DNA from: Candidatus Bathyarchaeia archaeon
GTDB lineage: Archaea > Thermoproteota > Bathyarchaeia > 40CM-2-53-6
DNA: 64,000 bases
Direction: 5' to 3'
Assembly (NCBI GenBank): GCA_050013255.1
Contig: JBEKFP010000002.1
Coordinates: 448,001 to 512,000, forward strand
Part shown: one piece after another, positions 1 through 10,506 of the stretch
How the letters are laid out: each line of letters opens with the position of its first letter
How positions within the stretch are numbered: the stretch's first letter is position 1
The notes under the pieces: generated by a model
Seen by the model: the letters and a program-made list of their open reading frames with translations, nothing else
The model's database searches: none
Told to the model about the DNA's origin: nothing
Translations under genes and position numbers: made by a program

Positions 1-235
1 CACGGTCCTGCTCGAGCGCTGTGTTAAGACTGGCTACCAGCACTGAAATTTCTCTGGACGTGGCACCCGCGGATTCTGCTCTGTGCACTGCAATGATGGT
101 TTGGCCGAAGCCAGGCTGTAGAGTCTCAATGTTTTGAGATTTCACTGGTCCGAGTGGCAAAATGGCCAAAATGGCTAGAATTGCGAGTATGGCAATGGTG
201 GGAAACTTGTTGTGACTCATTGTGGGTTCATTCAT
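1..235 (-). CDS. Secreted helical protein, N-terminal part (runs off window edge); paralog of 9336..9845
   Basis: Manual translation MNEPTMSHNKFPTIAILAILAILAILPLGPVKSQNIETLQPGFGQTIIAVHRAESAGATSREISVLVASLNTALEQD: signal peptide, then a segment resembling QAFSQVANVYALGGQAPALVDELNKAL of 9336. Confidence 0.7.
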   Translation of the reverse strand, partial: MNEPTMSHNKFPTIAILAILAILAILPLGPVKSQNIETLQPGFGQTIIAVHRAESAGATSREISVLVASLNTALEQDR

Positions 236-448
236 GTAGAGGTTCAAATAGAATATAGTGATAACGGTGGAAGCGTGATTAGAACCCAATAAGGTAGGCT
301 CTGATTCTGACTGAAATCGGAATAGACGAAAGAGGATTGGAATATATTGAAGAAAATGGTGCAATGAGGGTTCAAATTTTGTACGTCCGTTGTCAAGAAT
401 CGAATTCACTCCATACTCGATAATCCGGCTATATCGAGTGCGACCAAC

Positions 449-1741
449 TTAGCAACTTAGCAAGTAATTTTCGAATCCTTCCGCAATTATGTTCCAATTA
501 AATCTTCGTTCGACGATGCATCTGCCCTGAGCCCCCCACTGCTTCATCATCTTCCTGTTGTCGTGTAAGGAGCTTATCGCTTTGGCGAACTCTTTTGGAT
601 CTGCGTCCTTGACGTACGTCCCGCACTTGTTCTCACCAACAATCCATCGATTGCATGGAATGTCAGTAATGATTACCGGTTTTTCCATGGCAAGGTACTC
701 GAGAAGATTGAGTGGGCATTGGTGGATCCAGTCCTGGTGGTTGGGCAATGGGACCAAGCCAACGTCAGCCATAGCAATATACTGAGGCACTTGATTGTAA
801 TGAACGGGATCATGAAGGACCACCCTACCTTGAAGGCTTCTCTCGTCTACAAGGCGTCTTATTGTTGACAGCGCTGGTCCTGATCCCAAAATGAAAAAAA
901 CGACATCATCGTACTTGTCTCTATCGAGTACTTCAAGGGATCTTGCCACCTCAATGAGGCCTCTGTTGCGTGATACTGCGCCGTGATACAAGAGTACAAA
1001 TGCGTTATCCAAGCCCTGCTTGCGTCTTAGCAACGCGCCTTCAGCAGCGTATTTGGCAGGATCGAATTGGGTTGACACGCCGTTTACCCAGAATCCAATC
1101 TCATCGGGATCCATTTGGAAACTCTTCGCAATATCATCTCTCATTAAGCTTGTAACTGCAGTTATCCCATCAAACATTCTCTTGGCGATGAGAACAGAAA
1201 TCCTGAAGAAAAGATTCTTCACAGCCATCTGCCACCCGTAGACCTCTATAGGTATCGATCTGATATCCAAGATCACCTTGACATTCAAGCACCTCGATAA
1301 CACAGGTTTCCAGAGAAAAGCAAGGATCCAAGGGCCTGGATCAGTTACTATGAAACGCGGTTTCTTGACGAGAACGTAGATTGGCAAGAATAGGAACATG
1401 ATTACTGAGAAGAAGATTAAGTGAAATGGCGGTGCGAACCTGAGAGGAATACAGCAGACTTTCAGGTCGTCTGTAGAATAATGTTCCTTTGAACGGACAG
1501 CACAAAGTTCAACATCAAAACCACGATTGGCTAGATGCCTTAGCATCTCGATGGCACATGTTCTGTGAAAATGCCTGTCCAATACCAGTTCGCTAATCCA
1601 GACCAAACTCTTGCCATTAATTGCTTTACGTCGCGTTTCAGAACTATTCGGTTGGCGGTTCGAGCCACGACTGAAATTCGGGTCTGGTGATGCTGTCGCA
1701 TGCGCAGGCTGCTCGATGCTCCTCTTCAGTGCGGCTTCCAT
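449..1741 (-). CDS. Glycosyltransferase family 4 (GT-B)
   Basis: YHGAVSRNRG, CPLNLLEYLAMEKPVIITD (Ex7E-type region), C-terminal RFNW. Confidence 0.9.
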   Translation of the reverse strand: MEAALKRSIEQPAHATASPDPNFSRGSNRQPNSSETRRKAINGKSLVWISELVLDRHFHRTCAIEMLRHLANRGFDVELCAVRSKEHYSTDDLKVCCIPLRFAPPFHLIFFSVIMFLFLPIYVLVKKPRFIVTDPGPWILAFLWKPVLSRCLNVKVILDIRSIPIEVYGWQMAVKNLFFRISVLIAKRMFDGITAVTSLMRDDIAKSFQMDPDEIGFWVNGVSTQFDPAKYAAEGALLRRKQGLDNAFVLLYHGAVSRNRGLIEVARSLEVLDRDKYDDVVFFILGSGPALSTIRRLVDERSLQGRVVLHDPVHYNQVPQYIAMADVGLVPLPNHQDWIHQCPLNLLEYLAMEKPVIITDIPCNRWIVGENKCGTYVKDADPKEFAKAISSLHDNRKMMKQWGAQGRCIVERRFNWNIIAEGFENYLLSC

Positions 1742-1829
1742 TCAGTACCCCTTCCAGAAGTCAACTCGGCTCTTCGTTGTGCTTCTGGTTATTCAAGCGT
1801 TTGGCTCTGCATTTGCTGCATCCTAGCTT

Positions 1830-2010
1830 TCTCTAAGCTTTCTTCCCTTAAGTGTTCCCAATAGCTCTCGAAGCCCTTCTGTCGCAGCTTCTCCCATAGT
1901 CGCTACTCGAGATCAATTCGAGCACCTTCGTCCTAGGCAAATCTACCGGTGTGTTCCCTGTATTCCTTCTCCAGTCTTCTTACTAATGGCACGTGACGCG
2001 CCTCCGATAA
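1830..2010 (-). pseudogene. Possible decayed GT4 C-terminal fragment
   Basis: Frame-broken translation KVLELISSSD/LWEKLRQKGFES resembles the GT4 terminal helices; contains stops and frameshifts. Confidence 0.3.
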
Positions 2011-2212
2011 TCACGAACTCTTTGGTTCGTGTTTGATCAAGCATAGGAATAGTAATTGCACAACAAGTTAGCAATGACTAACTTCGCGAATAAGAATGAA
2101 GGCATGCTCTATCCGCTAATTGGATCCCTGTTTCTTGCATCAAGAGTCTGTCTGCGGACCCTGAAGGCCTATTATAGATGTTGGAGAACATTCGACGCTG
2201 AGGACTGTTCGA

Positions 2213-3364
2213 ATGCCGATTCGAATTTTCTGGTGCCAGCCAGTGGGCGTTATGGATTACCGTTTGCCTTTTTTCGAGAAGGCGCAAAGAGCTTTCGACA
2301 TAACGTTCCTATTCCATCAAAGAGGACCAGTGAATCACAAACTAAATTGCACCTATTCTAGCAGCATTAGCCGCATTATTGATAATGCATTATTGATAAA
2401 GATGATCGGCCTTTCAGTCCTGGGGCCAGCCGATTTTCAATCTATGTACTCCTCGATACAGCGCTGTAATGTCTTTGTTAGTTCATTTGTTTGGAACTCC
2501 TACACACTCGTAGGCCTCGTTCTTTGCAAGCTCTTTCGCAAAAAAGTGATTGTTTGGGAGGAGATGCACGTAGTTCCTCCGGGTCTCAGATTTGGCATTC
2601 AACACGCTCTAATTCGGATGGCGCTTAAGCATATAGATGCTTTCTTCGTCTGCGGAGAATCGCAGAATCATTTTCTTATATCCAACGGAGTAGCTCCCAA
2701 GAAACTTTTCGTAACTAATGAATATCCGGGCCATGTCTATTCGGACGTGCAACCACGCCCCGTCGCTCTTCCCTTTAATGCTCACGAAAAGGTAATTCTC
2801 TATCTAGGAAGACTGGTGGAAGCCAAAGGTGTAGAGTACCTTATCAAAGCTTTCAGCCTCGTGGAAAAGCAATGTAACGATGCTACTCTCGTGATTGTTG
2901 GTGACGGTCCCCTGCGAAAAGATTTGGAAAATCTAGCAAGACAACTGGGACTGCGTAGGATCCATTTTACTGGGTACGTCGGAGACGTTCACGTGAAATC
3001 CTACCTTTTTGGAAGAAGTTGTATGGTGATTGTCCCCTCCATAATCACTGAGAAGCCAAAGGAAGGGGGATCGCGTGAAGCCGGATCGATGGTTGCGCTT
3101 GAGGCACTATCAGCAGGGAAGCCGGTCATTAGCACCGATGCGGTTCCTCACTGCTTGGCTTTCATAAAAGATGGGATAAATGGTTACAGGGTACCGCAGA
3201 GAAATGTTGATGCCTTAGCTGACAAGATAATGCGCCTCTTGGATGTGCCAATAATGCCAACACAAGTTCTATCGACCTTCCGCGAAATTAAGGGACATGA
3301 CTATCAAGTTGAACAGCTACAAGAAGCAGTATCTTACGTGATACGCGAGAAAACGAATACGTGA
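2213..3364 (+). CDS. Glycosyltransferase family 4
   Basis: YLGRLVEAKGVEYLI, VGDGPLR, EAGSMVALEALSAGKPVI. Confidence 0.92.
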   Translation: MPIRIFWCQPVGVMDYRLPFFEKAQRAFDITFLFHQRGPVNHKLNCTYSSSISRIIDNALLIKMIGLSVLGPADFQSMYSSIQRCNVFVSSFVWNSYTLVGLVLCKLFRKKVIVWEEMHVVPPGLRFGIQHALIRMALKHIDAFFVCGESQNHFLISNGVAPKKLFVTNEYPGHVYSDVQPRPVALPFNAHEKVILYLGRLVEAKGVEYLIKAFSLVEKQCNDATLVIVGDGPLRKDLENLARQLGLRRIHFTGYVGDVHVKSYLFGRSCMVIVPSIITEKPKEGGSREAGSMVALEALSAGKPVISTDAVPHCLAFIKDGINGYRVPQRNVDALADKIMRLLDVPIMPTQVLSTFREIKGHDYQVEQLQEAVSYVIREKTNT

Positions 3365-3499
3365 TTCACGTTGCCGAATGCCTCAGATAACCGAGGCATC
3401 TTAATCATAATTCTCGCTAGAGATTTAGAACGCACGCATCTTTATCAAAGCATCAAGCTCAGTTGACTCCTTCCTGTAGATATAATGCTCGTCGAATTC

Positions 3500-3620
3500 A
3501 CTGGACTTTAACACTCATCCTTGTCACGTTTTCTACTAGAGTATCAATTGCCCTAACGCTCCAACCTCGTATTTCACAAGCCAAGGTTCCTGACCCCGAA
3601 TCACATTTCTGATATACACA
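3500..3620 (-). pseudogene. Possible decayed class I SAM-methyltransferase fragment
   Basis: CDSGSGTLACEIRGWSVRAIDTLVENV resembles motif I plus the acidic motif II; no intact ORF. Confidence 0.3.
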
Positions 3621-3830
3621 GTAACCGCGGGAGACTTAGATTCTTCCCATTACGCCCATTCGCCGCCGATCCGACTTCTTCCGGTGCTCAGATAACTCTC
3701 GAAGCCCACCTATCGGTTTCTGGTAGTCCATATTGTCAGTGTACAGCAGCTGAACGGTGCGCTTGACATTCCGTGCAAACGATCACGCACCTCATGATGT
3801 CATCACGGTCAAAGTATGACGAGCCTTGTC

Positions 3831-5417
3831 TCATATTGCCGCGTATATGACTCCGTCCCCGTAATTGAATATAATATTGTATCTCGATGTTAGTTTAGTT
3901 TTCGCAGCAAGGTACGTGCTTCCTGCAAAGGCAGGCGTTGCTGTTGGCGCAAGAACGTAGTCCATTGAACTCGGATCAATCTCGTCGAAGGTGAAAAAAA
4001 CTCTCATCGACGCGTTGCCATTGTCGGATAGACCAAAGAACCCCCTCACGATGAAGGGTGTAAAGATTCTTAGTGGATTACGCGCGCCCGCCTCCAATTC
4101 TATATTAGTGGATAGGAACGTAGCGGCCTGCGCGTCCTCCTGAGGCTGATACAGTGAAGAATAATAATTCATGTGCATAACACAGAAAATTGACGAAATT
4201 GAAAGGAAAAGAAGCAAGCCACCACGTAATTTGCGCGTGTGCAGTAATTCGGGGAAATGGCCACTCCCTATCGCGGCTACCACTGCTGCCAATTGTAGTG
4301 CTCTCGTGCCAAGAAGGCTGACCGCTGCACCCACGCCGAAAGCCAAGGTGCTCGCGGATATGAGTGCGACATCTTGAGGAAGAGCCCTACGCTTTCCTAT
4401 TAAATGAGCGAGCCCAAAGCCAGAAAGAGCCGTCACACTTAGCACTGAAAGTCTCGCGAACGTTAGATAGGGCGACGTACCGTACCCCGTTATCCTTATT
4501 CCATATTGAGAAAAGCCAAGCATCAACTGGATCGAGTAGATTGTACCCAGAATTAGTCCAAAAAGAGCAGAAAACGTGACGAGCATACTCCCTACCAGTC
4601 CCAATGTCATTGCGAAGATCCCTATGATCAGGTAGCGTCGATTCTGGAAGGCTCTAGCGAATAGGTAGACAGCATAATAGGCCAGCATGAATGGATGCGA
4701 GATTGCCGTCGCCACCACAAGCGTCAGTACCGCTACTGTTCCAGCCAAACTTTTTCCACACGAATAATCAACATAGAGCAACATCATTACAAAGACCCAC
4801 GCAAGGGTCTGCGGTGCAAATTGATAGTTTACAAAGAAAAATCCGATAATCGAAAAAGCGACAACACTCCAAAATCCGTCAAGTCCGTGTCTTGTTGCTA
4901 TGAAGAAAACCATCGATACCATAACTAACCCGGTGCCGAGATAGAAGACCGACACAGTGATATTCAGCGGCAAGGTGGTTATTTCGCTTAACATGCGGAT
5001 CAAGAGGAAGAAACCTGGCCAAGGGTAGACCCCCAAGGCTTGTGGATTCGTGAAACCACCAGACAAGTAAGCGGGCGCGAGGTTTAGGAAGAATGTGTCG
5101 GAACCAGGAACGTAGTAGTAGAAATAGCTCAAGGAATTTATGAGCATAAAGAAACCAACTCCGGCGCCCCACTTAACCGGCACAGAGTGAGATGTGGTAG
5201 CTATCCGCCAAAACGAAATCACGAAAATAAGATACGAAACCCAATACGTCCAATAGACGGAACTCAGAAAAGGCAGATTCGTTGATTCCTGATGCAGCGG
5301 ATAACTCTTGGCCCAGGCTAGCAGCAGTAGCACAATCGCGGTTAGCAGAATAGACGTCCAGACATATGCCGACGCCCTAGAGCCGAGGGTCAGACGCCTC
5401 AATGGGTACTTCTCCAA
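3831..5417 (-). CDS. Polytopic membrane protein, GT-C/polymerase-like
   Basis: Many TM helices; loop PGSDTFF..YPWPGF, F.PQTLA, SHPF; soluble C-terminal domain ending YNIIFNYGDGVIY; paralog of 10507..12120. Confidence 0.65.
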   Translation of the reverse strand: MEKYPLRRLTLGSRASAYVWTSILLTAIVLLLLAWAKSYPLHQESTNLPFLSSVYWTYWVSYLIFVISFWRIATTSHSVPVKWGAGVGFFMLINSLSYFYYYVPGSDTFFLNLAPAYLSGGFTNPQALGVYPWPGFFLLIRMLSEITTLPLNITVSVFYLGTGLVMVSMVFFIATRHGLDGFWSVVAFSIIGFFFVNYQFAPQTLAWVFVMMLLYVDYSCGKSLAGTVAVLTLVVATAISHPFMLAYYAVYLFARAFQNRRYLIIGIFAMTLGLVGSMLVTFSALFGLILGTIYSIQLMLGFSQYGIRITGYGTSPYLTFARLSVLSVTALSGFGLAHLIGKRRALPQDVALISASTLAFGVGAAVSLLGTRALQLAAVVAAIGSGHFPELLHTRKLRGGLLLFLSISSIFCVMHMNYYSSLYQPQEDAQAATFLSTNIELEAGARNPLRIFTPFIVRGFFGLSDNGNASMRVFFTFDEIDPSSMDYVLAPTATPAFAGSTYLAAKTKLTSRYNIIFNYGDGVIYAAI

Positions 5418-5670
5418 TTCTCTCTGACAAGCGTTCTAGCGGACGAGACAAACACCGAAGAAACGCTGTCCCAGAGGACGAAATGTTTCAGCATACAATG
5501 TCCGCCGCTATCTCATCAGACTGTACGGTGGAGGATCTTATTTACCCGCGTCGGTAAATAAGAACTGTGCGTCCGGAATCGAACTCAGAACCATTCGGTA
5601 TCGCATCAATAATGGTCTCTATTTCCTTCTGGGACGCAAATTTTCGGGTGAAGAGGAAACCGCTGATTTC

Positions 5671-6198
5671 CTAGTTGGGCTGATGTGTGAGACTGGATAC
5701 CTCTCTGTACTGCCTTACTACTCCCACTCCAGCTAGTCCGAGTGTGAACGTGGTCAGTGAGATTACGATCGGCGTAAGTCTGACCCCCCAAGGCGTATAG
5801 TTCAATAGTAGACCAACCAGCGGGACCAGTGCCAAGCTTAGCCCAATGCTCAGCGCGAAACGCTCGATCGCATGTAGCTCGCGAAATCGCGGAAACAACG
5901 CCTCAACTGTCACGTAACCCGGCAGGAATAGAACAAACACGGAACCCAAGGCCCATCGCACTGCCACCAGCGGAAGCTCGCTTGGGAGCGTGGAAATCGC
6001 GAGCACCGTTATCAGCGATGTCGCCACTGACGCGTAGAACCAAACGTTCCTTTCCCAAAGTCCAAGATACTCCCTCAGAGACCTCACTTCTGGCGGGGCA
6101 TCTTCAACGTCAATCTGACCCTGCTTGGCGAGACGCCACACAAGATCCGTGATCTCAGTGTCAGTTACCGTTGACTTCTTCGCTCTAAGCGCATCCAA
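5671..6198 (-). CDS. DUF1616-family membrane protein (true start probably near 6267)
   Basis: FLPGY..ALFP..ERFALSIGLSLALVPLVGLLLNYTPWG; frame stays open upstream with similarity to the 20556 paralog. Confidence 0.85.
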   Translation of the reverse strand: MDALRAKKSTVTDTEITDLVWRLAKQGQIDVEDAPPEVRSLREYLGLWERNVWFYASVATSLITVLAISTLPSELPLVAVRWALGSVFVLFLPGYVTVEALFPRFRELHAIERFALSIGLSLALVPLVGLLLNYTPWGVRLTPIVISLTTFTLGLAGVGVVRQYREVSSLTHQPN

Positions 6199-6966
6199 TA
6201 ATGCTGGGACGGTCGTTGTGCCGTTCTTCCTCAGATAGTCAAGCGCCTGATCATCTAGGCTTTCCGTCTTAGTACAGCTCCACTCTTCCCCGAACCGTGC
6301 TACCGAAGGTCGGGGATGATGTGTGGGATGAAGAAACTGTAATTGGGAGAGACATTATGAGAATGATGGCGAGTGGTATTGCGTAATGACGAGAACGTCT
6401 GGAAATGAACTCAAGTATCGATCCTTGTTGCAAACTCGTTTCGTCCTATGAGGTTTCACTCATTCTATAGCAGACTATATTTCGATTTCGAGGGCAGGCA
6501 GTTTGTCAGCGGCGCGCATCTTACACCACTAACCAAGGGGAAGTTCTCGTAGTGACGAAGTGATCGCTATGCTCAAATGCTGTGTTATGTGTGAAGACGC
6601 CTTGGTGAGGTTCAAGCTTATCAGCTGTAGATAGAAAACTGATTAGTGTTCTATGTATCTGTTGTTGTGAATTACGCGTGACACGACACTTAACAATCTC
6701 AGGTGCAACTTTTGGAGTCGATGAGATTTTTCATGGTGCGTGCGCTCGCTGGACTGATGCTCCTGCTTCTTTCATCTCAGGCTTTCGCGGTAGGTACGAT
6801 TGCCATTTTGATGAAACGGTCGGAGATTAGAATCGAATGTTAGGGACTATGAGGAGAACAAAGGGGACCAAGGAGAATTCGAGAGTTAATCTACACATCA
6901 GGAGAACGAATAGTTGAAGCGAACATTTATGTCATTCGTCAAGTAACATCGAGTGGTTATTGCGGG

Positions 6967-8007
6967 TTGGCTGAGATTAATTGCGAGATATGTGGTGTTC
7001 ATCCGGCGATTAAGGGCAGTACTGTATGCCAAGAATGTTCTGAGCGGTACGTAAATCTTCTACGTTCGGCAAGGCATAGAACGCGCAATATGCTTGCTCG
7101 CATGGAGAGGGCACCCGATATATCGTCTGTTGTCGAGCCGAAAGCAGAACCTGAGAAACAGAATATTCAAACGGTGCAAGAGTCCTCTGTCACACCTGAA
7201 CCTCTATCACAACGCGGTCTCACTGGTGGTCAAGTCCAATCTGAATTGCCGAGAAAGCGGACGCAATCCTCGCTAATAGGTTACCTCCTACTTGTAATCG
7301 GACTGTTGGCTCTGACTGCTTCAGTCTTACTGACCTCAACGATTTTGGTTTTTGTCGGTCTCGGAGTGACATTGTGGGGGGCACTCGTATTCTTTGTTCA
7401 ACCCCAAAAATACGTCAAGTCAGACTTGATGAATGCAACCGCAGCGTCTTCGTTGAAAACAATTGATAAGATGATGTTGGGGCTGGGTTATCGAGAGAAG
7501 GGTGTGTACGTTCCGTCCGAGCAAGACAAGGCGGTTGTGTTCGTTCCTTCTGAACCGTTTTCCAATATTCCCAAGAGCTCGGCGATTAATGATGTGACGT
7601 TTCTAGAGGATCCGCGGGGTCTGCTGGTTGTTCCACCTGGTCTAGCGCTCGCGAGCCTGATCGAGAAGAAAATTGGTTTTAATTTGAAGAATTGCGGAGT
7701 GGAGAGACTCGTTCGAGCTCTTCCTAAGGTGCTAGTAGAGGATCTGGAGATTGTTCGAGACGTTGAAGTTGAAGTAAAAGGCAACAAGATCGATTTCAAG
7801 CTCGTTGACTCTATTTATGCCGATTTTTGTCGAGAAGTTCGTGATACGAGTAGGCGATGTGGGCTGGGCTGTCCTATGTGCAGCGCATTAGCATGTATTC
7901 TCGCGGTCGCTTCAGGGAAACCCGTCGTTTTCGAGGAGGACAGGCTTGCTGCTGATAAGAGAACGACAATTTCCTCTTATGAATTGATTGATCGCACAAG
8001 GTTATAG
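6967..8007 (+). CDS. Membrane protein with N-terminal Zn finger and C-terminal V4R-like Cys domain
   Basis: CEIC..CQEC, two TM helices, PPGLAL, C..CGLGCPMCSALAC..GKPV. Confidence 0.7.
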   Translation: MAEINCEICGVHPAIKGSTVCQECSERYVNLLRSARHRTRNMLARMERAPDISSVVEPKAEPEKQNIQTVQESSVTPEPLSQRGLTGGQVQSELPRKRTQSSLIGYLLLVIGLLALTASVLLTSTILVFVGLGVTLWGALVFFVQPQKYVKSDLMNATAASSLKTIDKMMLGLGYREKGVYVPSEQDKAVVFVPSEPFSNIPKSSAINDVTFLEDPRGLLVVPPGLALASLIEKKIGFNLKNCGVERLVRALPKVLVEDLEIVRDVEVEVKGNKIDFKLVDSIYADFCREVRDTSRRCGLGCPMCSALACILAVASGKPVVFEEDRLAADKRTTISSYELIDRTRL

Positions 8008-9318
8008 ATGCGGTTCAATATGCATGCTGACCGCGTCACGAGCCGCCTGCTGATCGTTGTACTAGTACTATTGATGATGGAACTTGCGAATGTTTCTCGA
8101 GTCAGCGCCGCTTCTAATGTCGCCATTATTATTTATGATCATGGAGTGACAGAACAACTAACCTGGACAAAAAATGGTAATTTTGTAGCTAATAATACCT
8201 CGAGTTTCACACAAGATGATCGTGTCGTCTTCGCATATGTTACGGCGGCAGTATCCAGTGCAAACCTCACGTGGGTGTGGTCCAATCCGGAAGGGCAATC
8301 GTTCAAGAATGATACTCAACAAGTCCGTTGCGACGTCTCACCATGTACCTTCATATCCTATTTACCGCTAGCACATACTAGCGCAGCTCTGCAACCCGGG
8401 CTGTGGACAGTGAGTCTGCAGGCAGGAGGAGCCATACTCTATTCAGACCACTTTTCTGTCACTCCAGTTGTGACTCAGGATAATTATTGGGAGTTTGATA
8501 TCCTGCAATCGGCACCTCCGCGAGTGCGTGGAGAATTAATGGTCGTGATTCATCCCAATAATGGGACTTGGAGTTCTTACGTTGTGCGCTTATGGTATGC
8601 TGCCAACGTAACTGCCCATGAATATGCCTCACATCGCCAACTTAATGTCACGACACTCCAGGACACTTTTATAGTTGATCTGGGGGCTCCGCGTCATGAT
8701 GGCTACACATTTGTATTGAGTTTTGACGTTTTGTACTCGTTGGTGAGCTTAGGTGGGTGGGATACAGGCAATTTTGCGTTCACCTGGCAGGAGTCCTCTT
8801 GGGGAACGTTCAATGATGGCTATCATTTCATTCCAGGTTCATTTAGCGTGACTCTTCCGCAGGGTGGAGGTATCATTGATACGGTGGGTATCAATGCAAT
8901 CGTTCTTAACCAGAGCGTGCGAGCAGGTTCAAAGCCCACTGTAGTTTTCACGACGACGCTTCCGCCTGGTCTACGATTCGGCTGGACTGTAATCTATAGA
9001 GATTATACGTATGTAAATTCCCATCGACCAAACTCAACCTCGGGAAACCCTGTTACCGGCTTGAGTATGGTGTTATCCCAACAGATTCCTGTAATTCCGT
9101 TATCGCTGGGTAGTTTGAGCCTATGGGCTGCAGCAATGGCAGTAATACTTGTGACCACGTCTGAATTCTTATCACCTCTCTATTCGAGGACTGGTATGGT
9201 GACGCTTAATCGTCGGCGTCTGCGCATCGCTGCTTTGTTTCTTGTTGCCGTATTCTTAGGTAGTGTTGTTTATCAGGTAATTCTACTTCAATCAATCGTT
9301 GCTCAGGTTAGTCGTTGA
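8008..9318 (+). CDS. Secreted/membrane-anchored beta-rich surface protein
   Basis: Signal peptide, Ig-like W..PEG..PGLWTV segment, many NxS/T sequons, two C-terminal TM helices. Confidence 0.7.
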   Translation: MRFNMHADRVTSRLLIVVLVLLMMELANVSRVSAASNVAIIIYDHGVTEQLTWTKNGNFVANNTSSFTQDDRVVFAYVTAAVSSANLTWVWSNPEGQSFKNDTQQVRCDVSPCTFISYLPLAHTSAALQPGLWTVSLQAGGAILYSDHFSVTPVVTQDNYWEFDILQSAPPRVRGELMVVIHPNNGTWSSYVVRLWYAANVTAHEYASHRQLNVTTLQDTFIVDLGAPRHDGYTFVLSFDVLYSLVSLGGWDTGNFAFTWQESSWGTFNDGYHFIPGSFSVTLPQGGGIIDTVGINAIVLNQSVRAGSKPTVVFTTTLPPGLRFGWTVIYRDYTYVNSHRPNSTSGNPVTGLSMVLSQQIPVIPLSLGSLSLWAAAMAVILVTTSEFLSPLYSRTGMVTLNRRRLRIAALFLVAVFLGSVVYQVILLQSIVAQVSR

Positions 9319-9335
9319 AATAAGGGCGGAATTAG

Positions 9336-9845
9336 ATGAACCGTACGAAACCTAAGAAATTCTCGGTGCTGAATGTGGAGACTCTGATTATAGCTCTCTC
9401 AGTTATCACTCTAACTAGTATGGCTGCGCCTCTTGCGAACTCCCAGGAAACGAATACCCTCGATAGTCTCACGTTTCAGGCATTTAGTCAGGTGGCTAAC
9501 GTTTACGCTCTTGGGGGCCAAGCGCCAGCGTTAGTTGACGAACTCAACAAGGCGCTGAGCCTCCTTCAAGAATCAAGAGTTTCACAGTCGAGTGGAAATG
9601 TGACGCAGGCAACGGCTTTGGAGAGTGAAGCGAGGTCACTTATCTCGGACGTATTGGCGCGCGCACCATCCGCGGCGCATCAAGCGTCGGTTGAGTCATC
9701 CAACAAGATTATCTATACTGTTGCAACGATCCCAATCATCGTCGCTATATCGACGATTTGCTTCTACGCAGTGCTCCGCTCTTGGAGTCGGTATGAAAGA
9801 GCTAAGCTTTTCGAGTTGAGGATTGTTGAGAAGGAGAACGCGTAA
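9336..9845 (+). CDS. Secreted helical protein with C-terminal TM anchor
   Basis: Signal peptide, Ala/Gln-rich helices, terminal TM; paralog of 1..235. Confidence 0.75.
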   Translation: MNRTKPKKFSVLNVETLIIALSVITLTSMAAPLANSQETNTLDSLTFQAFSQVANVYALGGQAPALVDELNKALSLLQESRVSQSSGNVTQATALESEARSLISDVLARAPSAAHQASVESSNKIIYTVATIPIIVAISTICFYAVLRSWSRYERAKLFELRIVEKENA

Positions 9846-10458
9846 TTCTACCTATGTCATTGTTTTTGCGATACTTGCCACAGTGATTGTGTCAAGTGGA
9901 GCGTACGTAATGCTGAACGCTCCTCCGCCTGAAAGATTCTTCGCAATGTGGATCTTGGGATCAAATGGTTTGGCAGAACATTACTATCCCAACGATAATC
10001 CGAACATTACTGTTAACGAACCAGTCAACTGGACTCTTAACGTATACAATCATATGCCTTCCCTTGAATATGTGGTTGTGAGAGTGAAACTTCTGAACTC
10101 CACAATGGCAAGCCCAAATGAAACAACGGGCACCCCTAGCCCCTCTTCTTCCTTAATTGAGTTCACGCATGTTCTAATCTCAAATCAAACCTGGTCATTT
10201 CCATTCAACTGGGTAATGACGAATGTCATAACGGAAGCCCGTAACATTACAGCCGTGAATGAGCTATCGATCAACCAAGCTAGTTTTAAGGGCGATTTGG
10301 CTGAAACAAAGTTAGGAGTTAATTTCAGATTCGTATTCGAACTATGGTTCTACGACCAGAATGTTGACCAGCTTTCCTTCGCATGGAATGTTGCGAACAC
10401 TAGAGAGTCTGTATGGACTCAGCTCTGGTTCAACGCCTTAGCAGTTTCAACGGCGTGA
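9823..10458 (+). CDS. DUF1616 extracellular-domain protein
   Basis: TM then PPERFFAMWILG.NGLAEHYYP..VYNH..YVVRVKL..FELW. Confidence 0.8.
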   Translation: MLRRRTRNSTYVIVFAILATVIVSSGAYVMLNAPPPERFFAMWILGSNGLAEHYYPNDNPNITVNEPVNWTLNVYNHMPSLEYVVVRVKLLNSTMASPNETTGTPSPSSSLIEFTHVLISNQTWSFPFNWVMTNVITEARNITAVNELSINQASFKGDLAETKLGVNFRFVFELWFYDQNVDQLSFAWNVANTRESVWTQLWFNALAVSTA

Positions 10459-10506
10459 GCACCGATCTAGTCGTGCAGGCTGAGGATTGGCTGTTCATAT
10501 CCGATA